Virus record (IMG/VR): IMGVR_UViG_3300020403_001989 | Location: 1 to 24,754 of that record | DNA: 24,754 nt | Reading direction: 5' to 3' (one strand) | Source of the DNA: a virus | Lineage: Duplodnaviria; Caudoviricetes | In this document: piece after piece, positions 1-9,781 of the stretch | Layout of the letters: each line of letters begins with the position of its first letter | How positions within the stretch are numbered: position 1 is the stretch's first letter | The notes under the pieces: generated by a model | The model's database searches: none | What the model was told of the DNA's origin: nothing | What the model saw: only the letters and a program-made list of their open reading frames with translations | Position numbers and translations under genes: made by a program

Positions 1-941
1 TCAGATACTATGACATTCGCATTGCAGAAGGCATCACTATCAGTGGTCAGCTAACAATTCGTTGGGCAGAGAAGCACCTTAACAAGTATATGAACCAGGT
101 GCTCGGTACAGACAATCAAGATTATGTGATTGCCATTGATACTGACTCATTGTATATCAATATGGGTGGTCTTGTTGAAAAGGCTAAACCTAAAGATCCT
201 GTTAAGTTCCTTGACCGCGTAGCAGAGGAAAAGATTGAGCCAATGCTTGATCTTGCCTATCAACAGTTGAAGGACTATCTCAACGGCTACGATCAGATGA
301 TGGTAATGAAGCGAGAGGTGATTGCATCTAAGGGTGTGTGGACTGGTAAGAAGCATTATGTGTTAAACGTACACAACAGTGAAGGTGTCCAGTACAAAGA
401 ACCCAAGCTCAAGATGATGGGTATTGAAGCAGTAAGATCATCAACTCCAGCTGTGTGTCGTCAAATGTTTAAAGATACACTCAAAGTTATTCTGGAAGAA
501 AAGGAACCTCAAGTACAAAAATATATTCGAGATTTACGTGAAAAGTTTGCAAGAATGCCTATAGAGGATATTGCGTTTCCACGCTCTGTTAACCGGCTAC
601 CGTTCTATAAAGACAGTGTAACGCTGTTTAAGAAGGGTACACCTATACAAGTGCGCGCAGCTTTGACATACAATTTTTACGTGGATCAACATCAACTCAA
701 CAATAAATATGAGAAAATATATTCAGGTGAAAAGATAAAGTTCTGTTACCTGAAACAACCGAATAGGGTTCAAAGCAATGTTATTGCCTTTCCTCAAATC
801 TTGCCTGAAGAGTTTGGTGTTCGCGAGCACGTGGATTACGACACCCAGTTTGAGAAGGCTTTTATTGAACCCGTCAAGAGTATTCTGGATGCTGTGGGTT
901 GGGATGTAGAACCTAGAGCAACCTTGGAGGCGTTTTTCTAA
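1..941 (+). CDS. 43: T4-like family B DNA polymerase gp43, C-terminal part (5' end outside window)
   Basis: Frame is open from base 3 ([16 protein letters not shown]...). It contains the catalytic DTDS motif, [17 protein letters not shown] and the C-terminal clamp-binding tail TLEAFF. The ATG at 90 is internal. Confidence 0.97.
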   Translation, partial: RYYDIRIAEGITISGQLTIRWAEKHLNKYMNQVLGTDNQDYVIAIDTDSLYINMGGLVEKAKPKDPVKFLDRVAEEKIEPMLDLAYQQLKDYLNGYDQMMVMKREVIASKGVWTGKKHYVLNVHNSEGVQYKEPKLKMMGIEAVRSSTPAVCRQMFKDTLKVILEEKEPQVQKYIRDLREKFARMPIEDIAFPRSVNRLPFYKDSVTLFKKGTPIQVRAALTYNFYVDQHQLNNKYEKIYSGEKIKFCYLKQPNRVQSNVIAFPQILPEEFGVREHVDYDTQFEKAFIEPVKSILDAVGWDVEPRATLEAFF

Positions 942-1216
942 TGAGCGACAATATCCACAACGCGTTCGACTTTGGATTCAGTCTTGTAGATGAAGAAGAA
1001 CTGGAAGCAGTCCAGAGTGCGCATCAACAAGTTCAATCTACTTCTGCCACAGCTGCAGAACTAGAAGCTAGACTCACTCGTCTATATGACGCGTTTCAAC
1101 CATTGCTTAACAACCTAAAAAAGAGTAGCAACAAGGAATACGTATACTGGCCCGATCGGTATGAGAAGATCGAGGCATTCCAAGATATGCTCGACGGAAT
1201 CTACAAAGGCCAGTAA
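941..1216 (+). CDS. Hypothetical protein (91 aa, helical)
   Basis: TAATG coupling to gp43 and to the next gene. No recognisable motif. Confidence 0.8.
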   Translation: MSDNIHNAFDFGFSLVDEEELEAVQSAHQQVQSTSATAAELEARLTRLYDAFQPLLNNLKKSSNKEYVYWPDRYEKIEAFQDMLDGIYKGQ

Positions 1217-2265
1217 TGGGTCTCCTAACTCTTGTTATGGCGCTTGCTATATCTGGTGTAGCAGCGTGGTACAGCATTGCTGGGCTGGTTGCTATATTCT
1301 CCGGAGCAGCTACCGCAATTATTATAATGGGTGGTGTGCTAGAGGCCGGTAAGTTAGTTACTGCTTCTTGGTTGTATAATAACTGGAAAGAAGTACCGTT
1401 CTTACTAAAGTCCTATCTCACTACGGCCGTAGTTGTATTAATGTTAATCACCTCTATGGGTATCTTTGGCTTCCTGTCAAAGGCACACTTGGAACATTCT
1501 ATATCAGTAGGTGGCACAAATGAATTACAAATCTCTAACTTGGAAAGACAGATTGCGAGACAGCAGTCAATCATTACAGATGCAGAAACGGTACTCTCGC
1601 AATTGGATCAACAAGTCGCTGTACTCATTGAGTATGACAGAATTCGTGGCCCTACAGGTTCGATTGCGGTCCGCGAAAGTCAATCGGAAGAGAGGGGTCT
1701 TCTCAACGAGACGATCGATGCTGCGTATATTCGAATCGATGGACTCCAAAAAGATCTCACGCCGCTGCAACAGGAAAAACTGGCTATAGAGGTCGAGGTT
1801 GGTCCTTTAAAGTACATCGCTGAGTTAATCTATGGTGATCAAGCTCGTGACTTTTTTGACGAAGCCGTACGTTGGGTTATCATGCTTATTGTGTTTGTAT
1901 TTGATCCACTTGCTGTACTTTTGCTCATAGCAGCTAATATGACTTTAACTAAACCTAAGTCTCCAAAGCCACTGAAAGAAATAGACGCTGTAGTTGTCAA
2001 TGAGATAGACGATGACTGGCTAACAGAAAGAGTTGCAGTTGAAGAAGATGAGCCCACTGACGATTACGAGGTTACCGAGTGGCAAGTTGTTAACACCACC
2101 ACTTCAAAAGAGGAGCTAAAAAGTTTATTAAAGAGTGTTGATCAAAAGCTGGTAGACCTGTATACTCACCGGAACACTTTAGAAAACAAACAAGAGAAGC
2201 GTTCACTGCAACGCTTAAAGAAAAAGATTATTGACAAACTGAATAATGAGGAATCCAATGAGTGA
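1216..2265 (+). CDS. Membrane protein with N-terminal TM helices, central coiled coil and a further TM segment
   Basis: About 3 hydrophobic N-terminal segments, a heptad-like middle, the segment VIMLIVFVFDPLAVLLLIAAN, then an acidic/basic tail. Confidence 0.8.
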   Translation: MGLLTLVMALAISGVAAWYSIAGLVAIFSGAATAIIIMGGVLEAGKLVTASWLYNNWKEVPFLLKSYLTTAVVVLMLITSMGIFGFLSKAHLEHSISVGGTNELQISNLERQIARQQSIITDAETVLSQLDQQVAVLIEYDRIRGPTGSIAVRESQSEERGLLNETIDAAYIRIDGLQKDLTPLQQEKLAIEVEVGPLKYIAELIYGDQARDFFDEAVRWVIMLIVFVFDPLAVLLLIAANMTLTKPKSPKPLKEIDAVVVNEIDDDWLTERVAVEEDEPTDDYEVTEWQVVNTTTSKEELKSLLKSVDQKLVDLYTHRNTLENKQEKRSLQRLKKKIIDKLNNEESNE

Positions 2266-3310
2266 CTTCTTTCGTGACATTGTAAAACAACTTAATGATG
2301 AAAACACCACCATCGCCGAAGATGGATTAGCCAGTGCTGAGTACAGTGGTAACATCGATACTGGTAGTTATATTTTAAACGCTGCACTTAGCGGTAGTAT
2401 CTACGGTGGCGTACCTAACAATAAGATCACAGCATTTGCTGGTGAGTCTGCAACTGGTAAGACCTTCTTTGTCATGGGTGTAGTTAAGAAGTTTCTTGAC
2501 GACCATGAGACTGGAGCCGTGTTCTACTTTGACACAGAAGCAGCTGTAACTAAAGAGATGATGAAGCAGAGGGGCATTGACACTAATCGAGTAATCATTA
2601 GTGAGCCAGATACTATTCAACGGTTCCGTCACACAGCACTACAGATCCTAGATAACTACAATAGTACGTCTGGTGAAAAGCCTCCGATGCTTATGGTGCT
2701 TGACTCACTTGGTCAGCTTTCAACTACTAAGGAAGTAGAGGACACTGCATCAGGTAGTGAGACTCGTGACATGACTAAGGCCGCTACTCTCAAAGCTACG
2801 TTCCGAGTACTTAACCTGAAGCTAGCCAAAGCTAATGTACCGATGCTGGTTACTAACCACGTATACGAAGTTGTAGGATCATATATCCCAACTAAAGAGA
2901 TGGCTGGTGGTAGTGGTCTCAAGTACACTGCATCTCAGATCTGCTTTCTGTCAAAGAAGAAGGAAAAGGATGGTAAAGATGTAATCGGCAACATCATTAA
3001 GGTTAGGATGGCCAAGTCTCGTCTTACAAAAGAGAACAAGTTGGTAGAGGTACTGCTTACATACGACAAGGGTCTTGATAGGTACTATGGTCTTCTTGAG
3101 CTTGCTGAGAAGTATGAGATTGTAAAGAAGGTAGCTAACCGATTTGAGATGCCTGATGGCACAAAGGTATACGCTAAGGCGATCTTGAAAGACCCGACAA
3201 AGTACTTTACAGAAGACCTGCTTGCTCGTATCGACGAAGCTGCTCAGATGGAGTTTACATACGGCTCCAACGACGACTATGAGATTGAAGAAGACGAACT
3301 TGCAGTATGA
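2258..3310 (+). CDS. uvsX: UvsX RecA-like recombinase
   Basis: DTGSYILNAALSGS, Walker A GESATGKT, FDTE, VLDSLG, GGSGLKY. Start placed at MSDFF because GAGGA lies upstream. T4 synteny. Confidence 0.96.
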   Translation: MSDFFRDIVKQLNDENTTIAEDGLASAEYSGNIDTGSYILNAALSGSIYGGVPNNKITAFAGESATGKTFFVMGVVKKFLDDHETGAVFYFDTEAAVTKEMMKQRGIDTNRVIISEPDTIQRFRHTALQILDNYNSTSGEKPPMLMVLDSLGQLSTTKEVEDTASGSETRDMTKAATLKATFRVLNLKLAKANVPMLVTNHVYEVVGSYIPTKEMAGGSGLKYTASQICFLSKKKEKDGKDVIGNIIKVRMAKSRLTKENKLVEVLLTYDKGLDRYYGLLELAEKYEIVKKVANRFEMPDGTKVYAKAILKDPTKYFTEDLLARIDEAAQMEFTYGSNDDYEIEEDELAV

Positions 3311-3564
3311 CACCCAAGTACGCCATCCTTGAAGCAAAGGATGATGACAGCGTTTGTCCTATAATGATAGTTGAAGGTGAATACGAGAATGTAGTATACA
3401 CCTACGATGTAGTAAAGATATCTGATGACGGTGTTCTTTCTTACACATACAACATTCTTAGGGGTGAGGCAAGCGGTAAACATTTCGAAAATACACTAGG
3501 TGACATTCTAGTGCAGATGATTGAGGATAAAGTTTTTGATGACGATAGAGACGAACATTCTTAG
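3307..3564 (+). CDS. Small acidic protein in the gp40 position between uvsX and gene 41
   Basis: ATGA overlap with uvsX. The gp40 link rests on synteny only. Confidence 0.65.
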   Translation: MTPKYAILEAKDDDSVCPIMIVEGEYENVVYTYDVVKISDDGVLSYTYNILRGEASGKHFENTLGDILVQMIEDKVFDDDRDEHS

Positions 3565-4939
3565 TCAGCTAATTCACAGTGAGCAGTACGCTCGTAAAGT
3601 ACTTCCGTTCTTAAAAGAAGAATACTTCCAAACTATTACTGATCGGTTACTTGTAACTAAGATCAAAGATTATATGGAAAAGTATAATGTACCTCCATCT
3701 AAGGATGCATTGTACATTGAGTTAGAGAATACTGATTCACTAAGTGAGGCTGACTATAGCAACACCGTATCACAAGTCGAGCAGCTAAAGCAAGACGACG
3801 ACGTAAATGAACAATGGCTTATTGATAAGACTGAAGAGTTCTGTCAAGAGAAGGCTGTGTACAATGCCATCATGGAATCGATTCATATTATCGATGGTAA
3901 GAGTAAGAGCAAGACCAAGCAAGCTATTCCACAAGTACTATCGGAAGCACTTGCTGTGTCTTTTGATAATCACATCGGACACGACTTCATAGAAGATTAT
4001 CAACAACGATTTGACTTTTACCATCATAAAGAAGAACGAATACCTTTTGATCTTGACTATATGAATAGAATCACTAAAGGTGGTCTTCCTCGTAAATCTC
4101 TAAACATCATCCTGGCTGGTACTGGTGTTGGCAAGTCTCTCGCTATGTGTCATTTTGCTGCTAGTAACATGATGGAAGGTAAGAATGTATTGTACATAAC
4201 AATGGAGATGGCAGAAGAGAAGATTGCAGAACGTATCGATGCAAACTTACTTAACGTCAAGGTCGATGAGCTCATTAACCTTCCAAAGGATATGTACGAT
4301 AAGAAGATAGATGATCTTCGGCAGAGGACTCCTGGTCGTTTAATTATCAAAGAGTATCCTACTGCATCAGCTCACTCTGGACACTTCAGACATCTAATCA
4401 ACGAATTAAAGATAAAGAGAAACTTTAGTCCTGATATCATCTATATAGATTATCTGAACATATGTAGCAGTAGCAGAACAAAGGCTATAGGAGGCACTAT
4501 AAACTCCTATACATTCATAAAAGCAATAGCAGAGGAGCTGCGTGGACTTGCTGTCGAAAAGAACGTACCAATCGTCTCAGCCACTCAGACAACTCGTTCT
4601 GGATTCAGTAGTAGTGATTTAGGATTAGAAGATACGTCAGAGTCTTTTGGACTACCAGCTACAGCAGATTTTATGTTCGCTATTATTAATAGCGACGAGT
4701 TAGAGCAGCTTGGTCAGCTAATGGTCAAGCAGTTAAAGAACAGATATAATGATCCAACCTTGTTTAAAAGATTTGTTATTGGTGTCGATCGTGCTAAGAT
4801 GAGACTGTATGATGTTGAGCAAACCGCACAAGACGATATTGTTGATGACCGTCCAGTAATGGACAACACAGAGGTTGGTAAAAGTCTGAATGCAAGTTTT
4901 GGTAAACCTAAAAAGGACTTTAGTGATTTATTTGCATAA
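3539..4939 (+). CDS. 41: gp41 replicative DnaB-like helicase
   Basis: Walker A AGTGVGKS, YITMEMAEE, IKEYPT, IYIDYLNI, SATQTTR, TSESFGLPATAD, KQLKNRY. ATG 3539 follows GAGGA. Confidence 0.97.
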   Translation: MTIETNILSQLIHSEQYARKVLPFLKEEYFQTITDRLLVTKIKDYMEKYNVPPSKDALYIELENTDSLSEADYSNTVSQVEQLKQDDDVNEQWLIDKTEEFCQEKAVYNAIMESIHIIDGKSKSKTKQAIPQVLSEALAVSFDNHIGHDFIEDYQQRFDFYHHKEERIPFDLDYMNRITKGGLPRKSLNIILAGTGVGKSLAMCHFAASNMMEGKNVLYITMEMAEEKIAERIDANLLNVKVDELINLPKDMYDKKIDDLRQRTPGRLIIKEYPTASAHSGHFRHLINELKIKRNFSPDIIYIDYLNICSSSRTKAIGGTINSYTFIKAIAEELRGLAVEKNVPIVSATQTTRSGFSSSDLGLEDTSESFGLPATADFMFAIINSDELEQLGQLMVKQLKNRYNDPTLFKRFVIGVDRAKMRLYDVEQTAQDDIVDDRPVMDNTEVGKSLNASFGKPKKDFSDLFA

Positions 4940-4957
4940 CAACAATAAGGAAACTAG

Positions 4958-5125
4958 ATGCACGTCCGAGTTTTATTTACATGCAACGACGAGTTACGAA
5001 AGGCATTGAATCATTATCATGGAAGAACCGGTTTAGCAAGTATGAAAGAAATGAAGAGTTGGTTTTATCAATATGGTCATTCTAGAGATATAGAGCTACT
5101 GGGGAAGTTGAGAGAAAACAAATAA
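4958..5125 (+). CDS. Small hypothetical protein (55 aa, not in ORF track)
   Basis: AAGGA RBS. MHVRVLFTCNDELRKALNHYHG...LRENK*. The stop abuts the next ATG and the ORF fills the gap. Confidence 0.7.
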   Translation: MHVRVLFTCNDELRKALNHYHGRTGLASMKEMKSWFYQYGHSRDIELLGKLRENK

Positions 5126-5872
5126 ATGAAAGTATTATTAGTAGGTGAGTTGTGTAACGACGAGTATGTCTACTGTGACGTCAATAGGGTAAGTCCAGAA
5201 GCACCTGTTCCTGTTGCTGACATAAACTGGATTAGCAAAATGGATGGTATGGCTGGTAATGTTGCCAACAACCTTCGTGCCTTCGGTATTGATGTTCTTC
5301 ATTATCGTAACAGAGCTGACCAAGGTATTAAGAAGGTAAGGTACGTTGATATTAAATCCGGTCATCATCTGCTTAGAGTAGACACCACACATCCAAACAT
5401 TACTCCTTTTGATGTAAGAAAAGTAAGCCATGATCTTGAACAGTATGATGCAATTGTAATTAGTGATTACAACAAAGGGTATGTTACTTACGAAGCAGTT
5501 CAGCAACTGCGTACATTATTCAATGGTCCTATCTTGATAGATAGTAAGAAGGATGATCTTGGCCAGTTTGAAGGATGCATTGTTAAGATTAATGAGGATG
5601 AGTACAACAAAGCTAAATCGTTACCCCGCTCAGTGATTGTAACTCTTGGTAGCAAAGGTGCAATGTACAACGAGCAAGTGTTTCCATCTCCATCAGTCGA
5701 AATGTTTGATGTGTGTGGTGCAGGTGATACTTTCCTCGCTGGTCTCACATATAAAATACTTCAAGGCGAACCAATAGGTCCTTGTATTGAATATGCAAAC
5801 AAGTGTGCAGGCATTGCCGTACAGCATAGAGGCACATACACTCTACGTAAAAAAGATATTGAGTCATTATGA
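5126..5872 (+). CDS. PfkB-family sugar kinase, HldE/RfaE kinase-domain-like (heptose-7-phosphate kinase)
   Basis: RVSPEAPVPV, GMAGNVANN, ISDYNKG and DVCGAGDTF are HldE kinase signatures. No adenylyltransferase domain is fused. Confidence 0.9.
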   Translation: MKVLLVGELCNDEYVYCDVNRVSPEAPVPVADINWISKMDGMAGNVANNLRAFGIDVLHYRNRADQGIKKVRYVDIKSGHHLLRVDTTHPNITPFDVRKVSHDLEQYDAIVISDYNKGYVTYEAVQQLRTLFNGPILIDSKKDDLGQFEGCIVKINEDEYNKAKSLPRSVIVTLGSKGAMYNEQVFPSPSVEMFDVCGAGDTFLAGLTYKILQGEPIGPCIEYANKCAGIAVQHRGTYTLRKKDIESL

Positions 5873-6732
5873 AGATTCTCGTTACTGGTTATAAAGGTTT
5901 CATTGGTAGTCACGTATACAAATATCTTGTTGAAGAAGGACATGATGTAGTTGGTTATGATTGGGATGAAAGTTATGGGTGTCTACCATACGTAAGAGAT
6001 CTAGAATGGGTAATCCATCTTGGTGCCATTAGCAGTACTACTGAGAGAGACGTATCAAAGGTATTTGCTCATAATTATGACTTCTCCATCAAGCTATACA
6101 ACGAATGTTGTGCGTATGGTGTTAGCATGCAGTATGCATCTAGTGCAAGTGTGTATGGTGACTTAAAGTCTTTTTCAGAAGATAGTGATTGCAGGCCTCT
6201 TAATGCTTATGCTTGGTCTAAGTATATGTTTGATCGTTATGTAAACAATATCGATATCTGTAACAAAATTACATGCCAGGGTTTCAGATACTTTAACGTG
6301 TACGGTACTAATGAAGAACACAAAGGTGATCAAGCATCTGTGTTCACCAAATTCAAGAACCAGGCTATCAAAGAAGGTAAAATTAGCTTATTTGAAAACA
6401 GTGAAAACTACAAACGTGACTTTGTTTGTGTAGATGATATAGTACAAGTACACAAGCAGATGCTTTGGAAGAAAGATCGTGGTGTGTTCAATGTTGGTAG
6501 TGGAACTGCTACTAGCTTTCAAAAGGTAGCTGATCTTTGTAGTAAACGACTTGGTGTGCCTATTGAATATATTCCAATGCCTGATAATCTCAAGAATCAA
6601 TACCAGGAATACACCAAAGCAGATATTAGCAAACTAAATAGTATTATCGATATAAAGTGGACTACTCCTAAACAGTGGATAGATACTAACTTAGATGCAG
6701 TTGAAGATATCAGAAAATCAACTTATACCTAA
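5869..6732 (+). CDS. hldD: ADP-L-glycero-D-manno-heptose 6-epimerase (extended SDR)
   Basis: TGxxGFIG, HLGAISSTTE, YASSASVYG, PLNAYAWSK, RYFNVYG, RDFVCVDD, YQEYTKAD. Confidence 0.9.
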   Translation: MKILVTGYKGFIGSHVYKYLVEEGHDVVGYDWDESYGCLPYVRDLEWVIHLGAISSTTERDVSKVFAHNYDFSIKLYNECCAYGVSMQYASSASVYGDLKSFSEDSDCRPLNAYAWSKYMFDRYVNNIDICNKITCQGFRYFNVYGTNEEHKGDQASVFTKFKNQAIKEGKISLFENSENYKRDFVCVDDIVQVHKQMLWKKDRGVFNVGSGTATSFQKVADLCSKRLGVPIEYIPMPDNLKNQYQEYTKADISKLNSIIDIKWTTPKQWIDTNLDAVEDIRKSTYT

Positions 6733-7336
6733 TCCTACAATCACCAAGCCGGTCGATTGTGATCTCTTGCTACAAGCAGATCATCGTTACTTTGACAAAG
6801 ACGGTTACGAACTAAACTACCAAGAAAGATTGTTCCATAAGAACAGTGGTGTCATTATAGACGAAGGCCATCTGTTTCATACCGCTAATCACGTATCGTG
6901 GTTTTACGATAAAGAAGAAAGTCAGAATCTATTGGTACTTGATCACAGTACACAAAACATGAGATGGAACTATACTGGCGCGGCTCGTGAACAAATACAA
7001 GAGCTTGCTGTCCACAAGCCATCTTTAAACAAACTACTTGGCGTTGTGCAAAAATGGGGCATTGACTTTAGTCTTGACTATGTGTATACTGGGCACTGTT
7101 TAGAAGTGTTCCATATCGAAGCGGACTATTTGAATTACGATGAAGCCATGGTAGATAAAGAGAAAGCAGAGCAGTTGATCTTAAACACTGATTGGTGGGA
7201 TGGTGCTCGTTGTTTGTTACGTGACTCTAAGAAGTGGTCACATTTGAATAGTGATGATCAAGCGGACTACAAATCCAAGTACTTTGGATGGAAACGAGCT
7301 TTTGATAATAGAAAGGTGTTTAACTTTGCGGCTTGA
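6695..7336 (+). CDS. Hypothetical protein (213 aa) inside the sugar-nucleotide cluster
   Basis: Long ORF overlapping both neighbours. Trp/Asp-rich segments (KWGIDFSLDY) but no family recognised. Confidence 0.75.
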   Translation: MQLKISENQLIPNPTITKPVDCDLLLQADHRYFDKDGYELNYQERLFHKNSGVIIDEGHLFHTANHVSWFYDKEESQNLLVLDHSTQNMRWNYTGAAREQIQELAVHKPSLNKLLGVVQKWGIDFSLDYVYTGHCLEVFHIEADYLNYDEAMVDKEKAEQLILNTDWWDGARCLLRDSKKWSHLNSDDQADYKSKYFGWKRAFDNRKVFNFAA

Positions 7337-7724
7337 AGGCTTAGTTGAAAAAGGTTGGGGGCACGAGTTCATATTTGCTACAAACGATAAGTACTGTGGC
7401 AAGTTGCTCAAGTTCAATACTGGATCAAGATTCTCAATGCACTTCCATGATGAGAAGGATGAGACTTGGTTTGTGTTGGAAGGTAAATTCTTAGTCAAGT
7501 ACATTAATACTCTTAACGCTGATCTCAATGAAATTATATTGAATAAAGGTGACACGTGGCGTAACGAACCACTGGAACCTCATCAGATTATTTGTTTAGA
7601 GGAAGGTACTATTATTGAAGTGTCTACCCCGGATAGTGTAGAGGATAACTATCGGGTTTGGCCTGGCGATAGCCAGAATGGAGATAGTTATGAAGAAGAG
7701 AAGTTACGACCAGACGGTAGTTGA
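7326..7724 (+). CDS. Cupin protein (mannose-6-phosphate isomerase C-terminal/sugar isomerase-like)
   Basis: KGWGHE, SMHFH..KDETW, H and EVST cupin motifs. Probable TTG start at 7326 after AAGGTG. Confidence 0.8.
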   Translation: MRLEGLVEKGWGHEFIFATNDKYCGKLLKFNTGSRFSMHFHDEKDETWFVLEGKFLVKYINTLNADLNEIILNKGDTWRNEPLEPHQIICLEEGTIIEVSTPDSVEDNYRVWPGDSQNGDSYEEEKLRPDGS

Positions 7725-8916
7725 CCAGCTCAAAGGAAGCGTCCATATTGAACATACTTTAGCTAAGCAAGGCTCGCTTCAGCTACGCAAGTTGTTTTCT
7801 GAGAACCCATACATAAACACTTTCGGCGCCTATAATGGGCAGCAGGCGGTGCAGCATGTCAAAGCCGGTCTCAAAGCCATTTACGTTAGTGGGTGGCAAG
7901 TCGCAGCAGCAGCAAACTCCACGGATGAAACTTATCCTGACCAGAGTCTGTATGCTGTCAACTCTGTTCCTAATGTCGTTCGTAATATCAATAATAGCTT
8001 TCGTCGACAAGATCAAATCTCTGTATCGGAAGGTGGTGACGGCTTTCCGTTCGCACCTATCGTGGCTGATGCAGAGGCAGGCTTTGGAGGCGCACTTAAC
8101 TCTTATGAGCTTGCAAGGAATCTCATCGAGGCAGGAGCGGCAGCGGTACATTTCGAAGATCAACTCGCATCTGAAAAGAAGTGCGGACATCTGGGCGGAA
8201 AAGTACTTATACCTACTAGTCAGGCTATTCGCAATCTTAATGCTGCTAGGCTTGCTGCTGACGTGGCCGGGACCGACACCCTGGTCATTGCCAGAACCGA
8301 CGCAGAGTCAGCTAGACTACTAACTAGCGACATCGACGAGATTGATCGTAAGTTTATTAAGAACGGTAAGCGCGCTTACGAAAAAACCTTACGCACTCCT
8401 GAAGGCTACTATGAGATTGAAGGTGGTCTTGCGATGGGATGTGAGCGTGGACAAGCGTATGCAGAGTATGCTGACCTCGTGTGGTGTGAAACTTCTAAGC
8501 CCTGCCTACACGAAGCAAAGCGATTCGCTGATGCAGTGAAAGGTGCTGTGCCAGATGCTATGCTTGCATACAACTGCTCTCCTTCATTTAACTGGCGACA
8601 GTCTATTCCTGGTGACCAAGAACTTCAAGACTTCCAATGGGAGCTTGGTAAAATGGGATTCAAGTTTCAATTCATTACACTTGCTGGCTTCCACGCTACA
8701 AACTATTCTGTGTTTGACTTTGCTCGCAAGTACAAGAAAGATGGGATGTTTGCTTACTCTAGGTTACAGGAGATGGAGTTTGCAGCTCAGTCAGATGGAT
8801 ACACAAGTGCTAAGCACCAGCGTGAAGTTGGTGTCGGGTACTTTGATATTATAACTAATGCATTGGGGGCCTCTACTGCCGGGTTGGCAGGATCAACAGA
8901 GACGGAGCAGTTCTAA
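7690..8916 (+). CDS. aceA: Isocitrate lyase
   Basis: SGWQVAA, YPDQSLY, PIVADAEAGFGG, HFEDQ, catalytic KKCGHLGGK, ARTDA, LAYNCSPSFNW, QFITLAGFH, HQREVG, STETEQF. ATG 7690 follows GGAGA. Confidence 0.97.
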   Translation: MKKRSYDQTVVDQLKGSVHIEHTLAKQGSLQLRKLFSENPYINTFGAYNGQQAVQHVKAGLKAIYVSGWQVAAAANSTDETYPDQSLYAVNSVPNVVRNINNSFRRQDQISVSEGGDGFPFAPIVADAEAGFGGALNSYELARNLIEAGAAAVHFEDQLASEKKCGHLGGKVLIPTSQAIRNLNAARLAADVAGTDTLVIARTDAESARLLTSDIDEIDRKFIKNGKRAYEKTLRTPEGYYEIEGGLAMGCERGQAYAEYADLVWCETSKPCLHEAKRFADAVKGAVPDAMLAYNCSPSFNWRQSIPGDQELQDFQWELGKMGFKFQFITLAGFHATNYSVFDFARKYKKDGMFAYSRLQEMEFAAQSDGYTSAKHQREVGVGYFDIITNALGASTAGLAGSTETEQF

Positions 8917-8996
8917 TGAAACCTACACCACTTTCAAGCGATGTGATGTTCTTTTGTTTAGTAATTGCTATTGTCTGTACTGCATGGAGCTTGTAA
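8916..8996 (+). CDS. 26-aa hydrophobic peptide
   Basis: MKPTPLSSDVMFFCLVIAIVCTAWSL*. TAATG overlap with aceA; the stop abuts the next ATG. Confidence 0.55.
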   Translation: MKPTPLSSDVMFFCLVIAIVCTAWSL

Positions 8997-9335
8997 ATGT
9001 TTAAGTCAATTGGTTTTTGGATCTACGATCTATACAACTTCTTTTTTAACTTAAAGATGAATCCATTGAGATTTATCCCTAATGCTTTTACACAGTTTAT
9101 TCTTATGTTTTACCTATCTGTAATGTGGACGGTAGTGTTTACGTTGTGGATGGGACACTCAATCTATTTTGGTATTGGAAGTGTAGGTGGCCACTTACTT
9201 ATAGTTGGCGCTTTCTTTATCACGGCATTAACATTTCAAGATGCTGAAAAGAATGGTCATCTTTGGGTCAAACGGATGCCTTTGCCTGATCCTAAAAAGA
9301 ACAAATGTGTGTGGGACTTGGAGAAAGAAGGATGA
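8997..9335 (+). CDS. Membrane protein with two TM segments
   Basis: Two long hydrophobic segments, coupled at both ends. Confidence 0.75.
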   Translation: MFKSIGFWIYDLYNFFFNLKMNPLRFIPNAFTQFILMFYLSVMWTVVFTLWMGHSIYFGIGSVGGHLLIVGAFFITALTFQDAEKNGHLWVKRMPLPDPKKNKCVWDLEKEG

Positions 9336-9544
9336 AAGAAAAGTTACTAAAAGCAGTTAAAGCCAAACACCAAGCAGTGATGGAAGAAGCACTTGTTAAC
9401 ATTGAAGTATATGAGAACAGTGTTGGTATTGGTGAGCACCCAGACTTGGTCGGTGCTGTTGAAGACCAAGTTGATAAGTACGTTCACGCCTTAGAAATGG
9501 TAGAGGGTGTAGACAAGATCCTTCACTCATTAAGCTATGACTAA
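9332..9544 (+). CDS. Small helical-hairpin hypothetical protein
   Basis: ATGA overlap; MKEKLL...NSVGIGEHPD. Confidence 0.75.
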   Translation: MKEKLLKAVKAKHQAVMEEALVNIEVYENSVGIGEHPDLVGAVEDQVDKYVHALEMVEGVDKILHSLSYD

Positions 9545-9683
9545 AATTTTTGTTTGGTATTGGATTATAAGTCCAGTTGTATTATACTTCGGTATGCTGT
9601 ATGGTGATTACCTTGACGGTGAGTACACACCACCTTGGCAAAAGAAAAAGAACGGAGTTAATTCAGGAGCAAAATTCGGATGA
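9537..9683 (+). CDS. 48-aa single-TM peptide
   Basis: MTKIFVWYWIISPVVLYFGMLYG...AKFG*. Overlaps the upstream stop and has an ATGA junction downstream. Confidence 0.6.
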   Translation: MTKIFVWYWIISPVVLYFGMLYGDYLDGEYTPPWQKKKNGVNSGAKFG

Positions 9684-9781
9684 GTGAAATAGTAATGTGG
9701 GCGTTGCTGGTACCAGCCGCTATATTGTTTCAAGCATTACTCATAGCACTTGTCCTTGATTGGAGTTCACACGATGAATAA
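9680..9781 (+). CDS. 33-aa single-TM peptide
   Basis: AGGAG RBS; MSEIVMWALLVPAAILFQALLIALVLDWSSHDE*. Confidence 0.6.
   Translation: MSEIVMWALLVPAAILFQALLIALVLDWSSHDE

Noticed and set aside
703-709. ATAAATA late-promoter-like motif inside gp43
   Set aside because: It is intragenic, explained by N-K-Y codons, and expected by chance in AT-rich DNA.
2258-4939. Inteins or introns in uvsX and gene 41
   Set aside because: Lengths are normal, motifs are contiguous, and no splice-junction or homing endonuclease motifs are visible.
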